Shown: positions 7,173 to 15,575, counted from the stretch's first letter. The stretch is 15,575 nt of DNA from Candidatus Zixiibacteriota bacterium (GCA_040235515.1 JBECKX010000058.1:1-15575), one strand, 5' to 3'. The notes: generated by a model not told the origin, from the sequence alone. Program-made: numbers and translations.

Positions 7173-7508
7173 ACACACCCCCGCCGTGATGTTTCCGCTG
7201 GCGCGAAATCATCCCGTCGACCCCTCTCGAGAGGGGTTGGGCTGCGACGTACCGGTGATAGAGCCGATGCTTGACAGATATTGTCGCGATGAGATCGGTG
7301 CCTGAATAATAACAACGCGAGAAACGCTAACCCCCCTCTCGAGCGGCGTTGGGCTGCGACGTAACTACGATAGAGCAAAAGCTTGATAGAAATCTTCGCG
7401 ATCAAATCGGTAATTGAATAGTGACAGCGCAAGAAACGCTAACCCCTCTTGAGAGGGGTCGGGCGCGGAACTTCCGCGATAGCGGGAGGAACGTGACCGG
7501 GGGTGTGT
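7173..7508. mobile_element. 336-bp composite palindromic element (copy 3) with an extra node+spacer unit
   Basis: TIR, three nodes (7221-7236, 7331-7348, 7443-7458) and two 94-bp spacers. Confidence 0.88.
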
Positions 7509-7530
7509 TCCCCGCATCCCCCCACTCTCC

Positions 7531-7559
7531 TTGCCCGGACGCATAAACCTCTCTATATT
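7531..7559 (+). promoter_or_regulatory. Putative sigma70 promoter for ridA-osmC
   Basis: TTGCCC-N17-TATATT, 43 nt upstream of the ATG. Confidence 0.45.
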
Positions 7560-7602
7560 CCTCCACAAATAGCACGAACGCTTATGCACGGAAGGAATAG
7601 CA

Positions 7603-7998
7603 ATGAGCAAGCAAGTCGTCTCGACCGATCATGCCCCGGCCGCCCTGGGACCATATTCACAGGCAATCATCCGTAAGAACTGCACCAACCTGGTATTCTG
7701 TTCCGGGCAGGTGCCGATCGACCCCGAAGTCGGCGGAATCAAAGCGGAGGGCATCACCGAACAAACTCACCAGGTGTTCAAGAACATCCAGGCGGTCCTC
7801 GCGGCCGCCGGCTCGAGTCTCGACAAAGTCGTCAAAGCCACCGTATTCCTGAAAGATATGAATCACTTTCAGGAGATGAACCAAGTTTACGGTGAGTACT
7901 TCAAGGGTGATTTCCCGGCTCGCTCGGCGATCCAGGTCGCGCGACTGCCGCTCGACGCCCTGGTGGAAATCGAAGTAATCGCGTACGTCGGAGAGTGA
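7603..7998 (+). CDS. ridA: RidA/YjgF/YER057c enamine-imine deaminase
   Basis: APAALGPYSQA, SGQVP, PARS and LVEIE motifs. Confidence 0.93.
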   Translation: MSKQVVSTDHAPAALGPYSQAIIRKNCTNLVFCSGQVPIDPEVGGIKAEGITEQTHQVFKNIQAVLAAAGSSLDKVVKATVFLKDMNHFQEMNQVYGEYFKGDFPARSAIQVARLPLDALVEIEVIAYVGE

Positions 7999-8032
7999 TG
8001 CCAACGATTGATCAACGAGAGGACACGAGCAG

Positions 8033-8446
8033 ATGATACCGATTACGGTTGACTGGCAAGGGGGCAAGCATTTTGTCGCGCACAATATGGAAAATGCCGC
8101 TATCCACTTCGATGCCCGCATCAAAGGCGGCGGCACCGGTACGCGCGCCAATCCGCTTGACCACCTGCTGGCTGCATCAGGTGTCTGTTCCGCGATGGAT
8201 GTCGTCGACATCCTTAAAAAGATGCGACTCAAACTTGACTCCTTCAAGCTCGAGATCGAAGGCGAACAGCGGGAGGAGTACCCGCGCTATTTTACTTCGA
8301 TTAAGATTCGTTACATCCTCAAGGGCGAAGGCCTCGACCGCGCCAGGGTAGAACGCGCCGTTGACCTGTCACAGAACAAGTATTGTTCAGTTATTGCGAC
8401 ATTCCGCCCTGAGTGCAAGGTGATCTCGGAGATAGTGATTGAGTAG
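8033..8446 (+). CDS. OsmC/Ohr family protein (YhfA-like)
   Basis: Two conserved Cys in GVCSAMDVV and KYCSV. GAGG SD upstream. Confidence 0.92.
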   Translation: MIPITVDWQGGKHFVAHNMENAAIHFDARIKGGGTGTRANPLDHLLAASGVCSAMDVVDILKKMRLKLDSFKLEIEGEQREEYPRYFTSIKIRYILKGEGLDRARVERAVDLSQNKYCSVIATFRPECKVISEIVIE

Positions 8447-8514
8447 TTTCCTCCACTCGGATTGAGACACGTCGGTGCTTTGCAAGCAGATCATGACGGA
8501 TTGAAGCGAGTACC

Positions 8515-8634
8515 TGTCATTGCGAGCGACCGGAGCCCTGAGGACGGAGGGAGCGTGGCAATCTCGTTGCCACCACACTGATAAGCACTGAGATCGCCAC
8601 GTCGTCCGCCTGCGGCGGATTCCTCGCGATGACA
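8515..8634. repeat. 120-bp GTCATTGCGAG-type palindromic element (RPE-like)
   Basis: Outer IR TGTCATTGCGAG/CTCGCGATGACA (11/12), inner IR CGTGGCAATCTC/GAGATCGCCACG (11/12), and side hairpin TCCGCC-tgc-GGCGGA. Confidence 0.8.
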
Positions 8635-8705
8635 GACCACTCGCCGGCACATGATTACGCGACCGACCATATCCTCACGCTTGACTCTTGTACCTGTTCA
8701 CACAC

Positions 8706-8740
8706 AAAAAAACCTCCGGGTCATCCGTGACCCGGAGGTT
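8706..8740 (-). terminator. Rho-independent terminator of the cytochrome operon
   Basis: Perfect 13-bp stem AACCTCCGGGTCA/TGACCCGGAGGTT with a T-run on the minus strand. Confidence 0.9.
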
Positions 8741-8775
8741 AAAAGTGCAAACGACACTAGTTTAGAAAAGGGGCT

Positions 8776-9909
8776 TTATTGATGTGTCTTCTCTGCAATC
8801 AGATCAACCTGACTTGACGGAAGCACGATCGGATTGTCATTGAGATACTCAATAGAGGCCTTGAGTATGCTCTCAATGTACTTTGGATTGTGAATTCCGT
8901 GAGAGCGATCTTCTTGGTAACTGACCCAGTTCCAAGCCGCACCGGCCTGTCTGCGGGTGATCGTTACAGATTTGAATTGATTTCCTGAGGCGCGGATTGA
9001 AGCAAGCAAAACGCCAAGAGAATCCGCCAGGTCATCATACTCACTCTGTGCACCCTCAACTTCTCCATCACCGTCAAAATCACTGAATGTTCCCGGCGTA
9101 TCGAAGGTGGAAAGCGGCGGGTCAGTCTCCGTATTACCGTGGCACAACTCGTTGTTGCACTGCCCTACAAGGGTGTACTCCGAACCATCATGAGCTTCAA
9201 AGCGCATGTTGAAGCTATGTCCTCCGATGTTGTATCCGTCATGAGCTTGAGGATTACCCATATGGCAGCCGATACAGGCTTCTCTCGGACCAGTAGCGTG
9301 CGTTGAACTTACCTTTACGTAACCAGGGAAGTCCTCAAACAGGTGGGTTCCCTGCAGAATATCAGCTTGCGGTCCGTGATGTGGGCCGAAACGCCCACTG
9401 ATTGACACGGTCTCAGTGTTAGGAACTGCACTCGCGAGAGGTGTTCTTACGTGATGGCAGTTTGCACAAAGGTTTGCATCGCCATGATCAAAAACCGTTC
9501 CATCAAGCAAAGTGAACGGCCCACCGGCGCGCACGGTCATATCTCCCCGCGCATGCGGTGCATGGCAAGTGAAGCAGTGGATCGCGCTGACTGTGCTGTA
9601 TGGCGGTTCAATTTCGCCAGTGCCAATAAAATCAAGGAAGCCCTGCTGGTCATGGCACATTGTGCAATCGGCTCCATCACCACGGTTGGTGTAGTCCACA
9701 CTCGTGCCGGATGCATGGAGCGAATTTCTCCACTCGCCTTCTGCCTGAAGCAGCGCGCCGTCAAGTGCATCCTCACCATGACATGCAAAGCAACCGGCTA
9801 ACGATTGATCGCCACTGGCCGCTTCATTGACGATCTTGCGTTCGCAACCCATCACGAACACCATTGCTGCGATCAGCAGCAATACCGCCAAAATTCTGAG
9901 TCCTTTCAT
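8776..9909 (-). CDS. Multiheme c-type cytochrome lipoprotein (5 CXXCH + 1 CX4CH), putative outer-surface component
   Basis: GGAGG SD, lipobox VMGC, hemes CFACH, CTMCH, CFTCH, CANCH, CIGCH and CNNELCH. C-terminal GAAWN...DRSHGIHNPKY helical domain. Confidence 0.9.
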   Translation of the reverse strand: MKGLRILAVLLLIAAMVFVMGCERKIVNEAASGDQSLAGCFACHGEDALDGALLQAEGEWRNSLHASGTSVDYTNRGDGADCTMCHDQQGFLDFIGTGEIEPPYSTVSAIHCFTCHAPHARGDMTVRAGGPFTLLDGTVFDHGDANLCANCHHVRTPLASAVPNTETVSISGRFGPHHGPQADILQGTHLFEDFPGYVKVSSTHATGPREACIGCHMGNPQAHDGYNIGGHSFNMRFEAHDGSEYTLVGQCNNELCHGNTETDPPLSTFDTPGTFSDFDGDGEVEGAQSEYDDLADSLGVLLASIRASGNQFKSVTITRRQAGAAWNWVSYQEDRSHGIHNPKYIESILKASIEYLNDNPIVLPSSQVDLIAEKTHQ

Positions 9910-9922
9910 CTTTAACCTCCTC

Positions 9923-11482
9923 TTAGAAGCTAAACGCATCAATTAAGTTCACTTCAACAATGTTGGCTGTATAGTACTGGTTGTCGAAATACAGCAGGTC
10001 ATCGAAATTGAAGGCGCTGTATTTCACCTCAAACTTGATATTTTCGTAAATCCGATAAACGATCGAACACTTCACGTTGAAATGCTCCACGTCGAGGTCC
10101 TCTTTGCTGCGGTAATACTGGGCACCGGCACTTAAGGTCACCTTGTCGCGATACTCGATGGTCGTGAAGTCCCCGTAAACGAGGTGATCATTGAATTCGA
10201 AGATTCCCTCGGCATTCTCGTACTTACCCATTCCGTAAGCATAACCGGCGGTGAGCCAGCCATACTTCTCAAGGGTAAGCGAGCCGTCGACACTGACGCG
10301 ATTGCGGTCGACCTTGCTGCCGATGTCTTCATTCTTGCGGATGCTGCCATCCCACTTGACGCGGAATGTGCCGACATCCGGTTTGCGGAAGCGAACCTGC
10401 CCGCTGAACCGCTGGCGCTTCTCCTCACCAACCAGCCGGACACCATCTTCGATGTCCTCGCTGCGCTGGCCATCCTCACCTCGGATTTCCCAGTAAGGAT
10501 GCGGCTTCACCCACGCCGAGACGTAGAAGGAATTGGCGCGGATTTCATCTTCAAAATCATCATTAACATCAAACTGATATCCGACCGTCGCCCCCCAAAG
10601 CCTCGGGTCGTTGTAGCTGACATAACCCGCATGACTCATGTTGTCGGTCGCGACAAAATCTGAGTCAGAGGCTGTGCGGTCGAGCATTCCGATATACTTC
10701 ACCGAGAAGTTGTGCGGCAGTTCGACCAAACCGCCACCCCAGCCGCGATTCGATCTGATTCCGAATCCGGTGGCATCTTCCTCGGTCACGTAGCGACGGA
10801 ATCCGCCCAGCACGTGCAGGAACTCGTAGTTCGGGATCGTGATGTAGGCATCACTGCGGAACTCGAACCGCTTCTGATCGCGCATTGGATCAAGGTCGTC
10901 GGTAAACTTGGCGCCGCGGTATTCGACTCGTACCATCGAATTCTCGTGGCTGAAGCTCACGCCCGCATTATAGAAATTGCGTTTGTAATCGACTTCGGTC
11001 GGCTCCGGTGTACTGGTCGGATTGAAGAGATCAACCGTGTTGCCGGTACGCTGCATGAATCCACCGCCACCATAAATCTCAATATACTCGATCGGCCGGA
11101 CCGAGAGCTGACCCTTGGTGGTCTGGCGGCGAGTGAACTTGTCGCCATCAAATGAATAGACGCGACGGAACTTATCATGCGACAGGCGCAGGTCGAAGAT
11201 GCCACGCTTGAAGAGTGAGGCATTGAGGTTGCGGTCGTTGCGCACGATGTTACGCAGGTCGGCACGCGCGACGATTCCGTTGTCAAAACGATAGCGGAAT
11301 CCCTCGAGAGAGAGCGCGGCGCCCTCGTAAACATTAAATGTCGAATGGTTCATCGACTGGTTGCCATCCTGGTCGAGGTAGGTGTAACCCACCTTGAGAT
11401 CACCGCTACCGCTGCCGGCGATAGCTGATCCGGTCAACAGCAACGCTGCCAGGGCAACCATGAATATCATAAGCTTCTTCAT
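9923..11482 (-). CDS. Outer-membrane beta-barrel porin, MtrB/PioB-like
   Basis: AGGAGG SD, Sec signal peptide, alternating amphipathic strands and terminal Phe. Sits between two multiheme cytochromes. Confidence 0.8.
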   Translation of the reverse strand: MKKLMIFMVALAALLLTGSAIAGSGSGDLKVGYTYLDQDGNQSMNHSTFNVYEGAALSLEGFRYRFDNGIVARADLRNIVRNDRNLNASLFKRGIFDLRLSHDKFRRVYSFDGDKFTRRQTTKGQLSVRPIEYIEIYGGGGFMQRTGNTVDLFNPTSTPEPTEVDYKRNFYNAGVSFSHENSMVRVEYRGAKFTDDLDPMRDQKRFEFRSDAYITIPNYEFLHVLGGFRRYVTEEDATGFGIRSNRGWGGGLVELPHNFSVKYIGMLDRTASDSDFVATDNMSHAGYVSYNDPRLWGATVGYQFDVNDDFEDEIRANSFYVSAWVKPHPYWEIRGEDGQRSEDIEDGVRLVGEEKRQRFSGQVRFRKPDVGTFRVKWDGSIRKNEDIGSKVDRNRVSVDGSLTLEKYGWLTAGYAYGMGKYENAEGIFEFNDHLVYGDFTTIEYRDKVTLSAGAQYYRSKEDLDVEHFNVKCSIVYRIYENIKFEVKYSAFNFDDLLYFDNQYYTANIVEVNLIDAFSF

Positions 11483-11492
11483 CACTTCCTCC

Positions 11493-12431
11493 TTAGCGAA
11501 CGTCGCCGTGACAGCCCGACTGATAACAGTTGGCGTAGAAGTTGACATTCAACATCGGATCGAGGAAGAGTGAGTTGTCATTCGATCCATGGATATCGGT
11601 ATGGCAGTTGACACAATCGACCTTGGTAGCCATACCGGAGTGTGCTGTCAGATGCCCCGGAGGAATGCCATGACACTGCATGCAAACTCCGTTACCGGGC
11701 TGGTTGAGCAGGCTTTCGTTCGGAGATCCGTGCGGGTTGTGGCACTCAACGCAACCGCCACCATCAACCAGGTGGTTGTATGTCACCGGGTGTTCAAACA
11801 GATGCGGTCCGGCATAATCGGAGTGGCACTCCTGGCAGGTCCAGTCGAATCCGGTTGCCAGCTGGTGGTCCTTGCGGTTGTCCTGCGAATGGCAATCGAG
11901 ACACTGAATATTGCCCGATTCCAGCGGATGGAACGAACGCTGCGCGAATTGCGCCTTAACGTTGGTGTGGCAACCCTGGCAAAGCTCGGTTTGATCTTCA
12001 ACCAGCAATCCCTCATGCAGGTTGTCGTGGATCTTGTGGCAGGTAAGACAGTCGACCTGCGAACGCGAATGCGGATCGGTTGAGACCATTCTCGCCTGGT
12101 GCGGGTTCATGTGGCAGCTGCCGCAAAGCTCCGCCTGGACCAGAAACGCCAGCGTGTCGGGCATGGTCGGATGAGACTCGGTCGGGTCTTCAAGGTGCTG
12201 CTCGAAATTCGTGTGGCACCCGATGCAGCTGACTTGCATTCCCTGCGTCATCCCCGATGTCAGCTCATGCTTGGTTCCGATGAGGCCCTCCGCGACGTCG
12301 TCGTGGCAGTCAAGACACGCTGCTCCATCTCCCTGCGCCAGAGCCGGCACAGCAAAACAGAGCAGAAATGCGACTATCAACGACAGCCGTGTGAGAATCC
12401 TCCTCATCTCACTATTTATCTTATTGTTCAT
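11493..12431 (-). CDS. MtrA/DmsE-family decaheme cytochrome c with extra C-terminal CX4CH
   Basis: Signal peptide ending ALA, ten CXXCH motifs, FEHP/CHNPHGS/IHGSN family motifs, and a terminal CYQSGCH. Confidence 0.9.
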   Translation of the reverse strand: MNNKINSEMRRILTRLSLIVAFLLCFAVPALAQGDGAACLDCHDDVAEGLIGTKHELTSGMTQGMQVSCIGCHTNFEQHLEDPTESHPTMPDTLAFLVQAELCGSCHMNPHQARMVSTDPHSRSQVDCLTCHKIHDNLHEGLLVEDQTELCQGCHTNVKAQFAQRSFHPLESGNIQCLDCHSQDNRKDHQLATGFDWTCQECHSDYAGPHLFEHPVTYNHLVDGGGCVECHNPHGSPNESLLNQPGNGVCMQCHGIPPGHLTAHSGMATKVDCVNCHTDIHGSNDNSLFLDPMLNVNFYANCYQSGCHGDVR

Positions 12432-12503
12432 ACCAACCTCTTCTATGAGCAAAAAGTCCATTTTTCGGTCAAAAGATAAACTCGCACGTTAACATCGACT
12501 TTC

Positions 12504-12521
12504 TTGTGAAATTTATCACAA
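12504..12521. promoter_or_regulatory. Rex-like (also CRP/FNR-family-like) operator TTGTGAA-ATTT-ATCACAA
   Basis: One mismatch to Rex consensus TTGTGAANNNNTTCACAA and an exact TGTGA-N6-TCACA. Lies downstream of the predicted promoter. Confidence 0.7.
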
Positions 12522-12545
12522 AATCAGTTTCCTGAATGCGGGGTT

Positions 12546-12574
12546 AGTTTAAACTAACGTCACGTGAATGTCAA
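12546..12574 (-). promoter_or_regulatory. Sigma70 promoter of the porin-cytochrome operon
   Basis: TTGACA (12574-12569), 17 nt, TAAACT (12551-12546), in an AT-rich intergenic region. Confidence 0.7.
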
Positions 12575-12812
12575 CAAAAACCGACAAAAAATTGTCGTGT
12601 TTACTACTAATATTATTCAAAGTTATCGATCTTCTGGCGAAAATCTTTAGAAATTAACGGGTTATAAAGATCGAATTTTCTGTCCCGGAACGCCTATCAG
12701 CTGTTGCGCAGGAACTTACATGGTAAAGAAAGTCTTCTTTTGAGAAATCGCCCTTTTCTGCCTCTCCGGAAAGTTGTAGTTATTCTCTCGAAAAAAAACG
12801 TCCGCTGGACGC

Positions 12813-13679
12813 CTAAATCTCGCCTATCTCACCGACGTTTGCCAGGATTCTGCCGGGACGATAAGGGTAACGGTCGATATCGTCGATTCCTGTCACTCCC
12901 GACAGTACCAGGATGGTATCGAGGCCCGATTGAATTCCCGCAATGATATCAGTTTCCATGTTGTCCCCGATCATTACGGTATTCTCCGAATGGGAATCAA
13001 TACGCCTGAGAGCCGCACGCATCATGTACGGATTAGGCTTACCAACATAGAATGGCTTCTTACGAGTAACTTTCTCAATCGGTGAGGTCAGAGCCCCACA
13101 GGATGGGAACCCTGAAGGTCCCGAAACGTCGGGGTTGGTGGCTATAAAACGCGCCCCCTTGTTGATCAGCCGAATCGACTTCTCTACCATCTCGAAGTTG
13201 TAAGACCGAGTCTCACCAATAACCACGAAATCGGGGTCCTGATCAGTTATGGTAAACCCTTGCTCGTAGAGAGCATGAGTCAGCGCACCCTCGCCGACGA
13301 CAAATACCTTGTCTCCAGCTCCCTGGGTCTTCAGGAAGGTAGCTGTCGCCATCGCCGAGGTGTAAAAATGCTCGGCCGGGACATCGAGCCCTGCCTTCTT
13401 CAGCCGGTGCGATAAGTCAGCCGGGGTCAGGGAGGGGTAGTTAGTGATGAAAAGAAATGGCGTATCGTCGGCGATCAGCTTCTCGACAAACTTCTTCGCG
13501 CCCGCGATCAGCTTGTTGTCCCAGATGATCACCCCATCCATGTCGCACAGAACGGCTGTGTTTGTGCGTTCCGGCTTCACCTCTTGTCGGAGGGGCGCAC
13601 CACTTCCCTTTTTCTCTCCAGCGTCAGGAGATCGTAGTTTATCTGAATCGGGCTGCTTTTCCGTTTTTCGCTTCGCCAT
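12813..13679 (-). CDS. nagD: HAD-IIA family hydrolase, NagD-like
   Basis: DMDGV, ITNYP, GKPNP and IGDNMETDI motifs. It has about 40 aa of charged N-terminal extension. Confidence 0.88.
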   Translation of the reverse strand: MAKRKTEKQPDSDKLRSPDAGEKKGSGAPLRQEVKPERTNTAVLCDMDGVIIWDNKLIAGAKKFVEKLIADDTPFLFITNYPSLTPADLSHRLKKAGLDVPAEHFYTSAMATATFLKTQGAGDKVFVVGEGALTHALYEQGFTITDQDPDFVVIGETRSYNFEMVEKSIRLINKGARFIATNPDVSGPSGFPSCGALTSPIEKVTRKKPFYVGKPNPYMMRAALRRIDSHSENTVMIGDNMETDIIAGIQSGLDTILVLSGVTGIDDIDRYPYRPGRILANVGEIGEI

Positions 13680-13724
13680 CAGACCTTTCCCTGTCGCGGC
13701 GCGAGGCAGTCAGCGTTTTCTTGC

Positions 13725-15557
13725 TTACGATAACTTCTCGGCCAATTCGACGAATTCATCCAGATGTCCGACCGAGCGCTTAACCGCCGCATTCCAGAAA
13801 TCGGGCTTGGTCAGGTCAACAGCAAGATGTTTCTTCGCAACTTCCTCGGTGGTCATTCTGCCGGTATCCTCCAGCAACGCCCGGTACTTCGGCGCAAATG
13901 CAGTACCCTCCCTGAGCGCGACATCGTAAACGCCGCCGGCGAAAAGGTAACCGAAAGTGTACGGGAAATTGTAGAATGGCACTTCGGTGAAGAAGAAGTG
14001 GAGCTTGGATGCCCAGAAATGGGGGTGGTAGCCATTCTCTGAATCGAGGATATCGCCGAATGCCTCCTTCTGAGCTGCAACCATCAGCTCGCAAAGCCGC
14101 TCCTTCGCTACCGTACCCCTGGCACGCTCCTCGTAGAACCACTTATCAAAAAGGTAGCGGGCATAGATGTTACAGAAGAGGATCAGCGGCTGCTGCAACG
14201 TCTGGTCAAGCAGCATCAGCTTTTGTTGGTCATTCTCGACATCCTTCAGGGCCGCATCCGTGACACGCAGTTCGTTAAAGATCGATGCTGTCTCTGCCAA
14301 GCCCATCGGGTATTCGGTAATCAAGTATGGCTTCTCCCTGAGGACATGATGATGGTAGGCGTGCCCCAACTCATGCGCCAGTGTCGCCATGCTGTTGAAA
14401 TCATCGGTATACGTCATGAAAATCCGCGATTCGCCTTTGGCGGAGATCCCGGAGCAGAAACCGCCATCAGCCTTGCCGGGCCGATCCTCTGCCTCGATCC
14501 AGCGCTTTTCGATCGCCATCTTCGAGAAGTCGGCCATCTCCTGCGAGAAGCTGCCGAGGTGCTTCACGATAAAATCGGAGGCGTCATCGTAGGTCAGCTT
14601 GATCCCGCCATGTCCCAACGGGGCGAATTGATCATGCCACACCATCTTGTCGATTCCGAGCAATTTCATTTTGGCGTCGACGAAACGCTTCAATTGCGGC
14701 ATCACGGTGCGGGTTGCCGCCCACATCGCATCGAGCGACTCCTGCTGCAGACGGTTCATCTTCAGCGGCTCGTAGAGTGCCGACGGCCAGCCGCGGCGCT
14801 TGTAAAGCGACAGTCGGAACCCGGCCTGATAGTTCAGCGTGGTCGCGCAGAGGGTTGCATGCTTGCTCCACGCTTCTTCATACTTCTCGAATGCCTTTTG
14901 ACGAATATCCCTATCTTCGCTCTGCAGCCGGCTGTTGATCTGCCCGATCGAGAGCAGCTTCGTCTCGCCGTTCTCTTCCCACGCAACCTCGATCTCGCCT
15001 GAGAGTTTGTCGTAGAGACGCGACCACGCATGGTAGCCGTTGGTGGCGAGTTCCTGTGCCAGCGCCTCCAGCTCGGCCGACATCTTCCTGGCGGCATTCT
15101 CCCGCATCTCGTTTAGTCGGAACTCGATTTGCTTCAGTTCGCTATCGGCCAGGAGTTCTTTCCACTGGTCATCCGGCTGTTCGGCGAAGAGTGCCTCCAG
15201 ACGGCTCTTGAACTGCATCAGGTCACCGATCATGGCGTCGGCTTCATCGATCAACTGGAATCCCTTGGTATCGCGGGTGTTCTGGCTTACCAGACAATGC
15301 GCGAAGGAACTCGCGCTGGCGAGATTCAGCCAGGTCTTCTGTAGTAGCAGGATCAAATCGCGATACTGCTGCCGCGACTCCGCGCTGAGCTGCTGCGGAA
15401 GCGCCGCCAAACCTTCACTGAGTGACGTCAGGTTTTTGCGGATATCGTCAAGGAACTTACGGTATTCAGTTGAACTGCTGCCGCCCGGAAAGAGGGCGTC
15501 GAGATCCCACCGTGGCGCCGGTTTGGTAGCCGACTTTTCATCTATCGCCGTCGTCAT
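13725..15557 (-). CDS. M3 family oligoendopeptidase (PepF-like)
   Basis: RWDL, RPGKADGGFC, HELGH (HEXXH), AETAS and FYNFPYTFG motifs. AAGGAG SD upstream. Confidence 0.95.
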   Translation of the reverse strand: MTTAIDEKSATKPAPRWDLDALFPGGSSSTEYRKFLDDIRKNLTSLSEGLAALPQQLSAESRQQYRDLILLLQKTWLNLASASSFAHCLVSQNTRDTKGFQLIDEADAMIGDLMQFKSRLEALFAEQPDDQWKELLADSELKQIEFRLNEMRENAARKMSAELEALAQELATNGYHAWSRLYDKLSGEIEVAWEENGETKLLSIGQINSRLQSEDRDIRQKAFEKYEEAWSKHATLCATTLNYQAGFRLSLYKRRGWPSALYEPLKMNRLQQESLDAMWAATRTVMPQLKRFVDAKMKLLGIDKMVWHDQFAPLGHGGIKLTYDDASDFIVKHLGSFSQEMADFSKMAIEKRWIEAEDRPGKADGGFCSGISAKGESRIFMTYTDDFNSMATLAHELGHAYHHHVLREKPYLITEYPMGLAETASIFNELRVTDAALKDVENDQQKLMLLDQTLQQPLILFCNIYARYLFDKWFYEERARGTVAKERLCELMVAAQKEAFGDILDSENGYHPHFWASKLHFFFTEVPFYNFPYTFGYLFAGGVYDVALREGTAFAPKYRALLEDTGRMTTEEVAKKHLAVDLTKPDFWNAAVKRSVGHLDEFVELAEKLS

Positions 15558-15575
15558 GGTCGAAGACTCCTTATT

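Noticed and set aside
7221..7458. CRISPR array (three palindromic nodes at regular spacing)
   Set aside because: Nodes are only 16-18 bp, the spacers are 94 bp and homologous to each other, and there are no cas genes.
6510..7520. Classical IS or composite transposon with target-site duplication
   Set aside because: No direct-repeat TSD at any element end and no DDE transposase.

Overview
Bacterial chromosomal window (GC-rich and diderm; the gene set is reminiscent of an anaerobic FCB-type lineage such as Zixibacteria, which is inference only). Core and accessory genes: recA, a small Gly/Phe-rich membrane peptide, a ZU5-like lipoprotein, an ECF sigma/zf-HC2 anti-sigma pair, an HD-GYP phosphodiesterase, a hypothetical protein, a DUF559 (Vsr-like PD-(D/E)XK) endonuclease, RidA, an OsmC-family protein, a three-gene porin-cytochrome operon (MtrA/DmsE-like decaheme, MtrB-like barrel, multiheme lipoprotein), a NagD-like HAD hydrolase and an M3 oligoendopeptidase. 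The most striking signal is non-coding. The DUF559 gene is tightly bracketed by two copies of a 224-bp composite palindromic element: terminal inverted repeat ACACACCCCCG/CGGGGGTGTGT, two CCCCTCTYRAGAGGGG hairpin nodes and a constant 94-bp spacer. The element also occurs gene-free at 3029-3252 and disrupted at 1208-1675. The copy upstream of the nuclease carries a 112-bp insert that is a circular permutation of the internal unit of the downstream copy, suggesting a circular intermediate. This looks like a REP/REPIN-type selfish system driven by a DUF559 nuclease rather than a RAYT. Several other palindromic repeat families cluster in the same intergenic regions.
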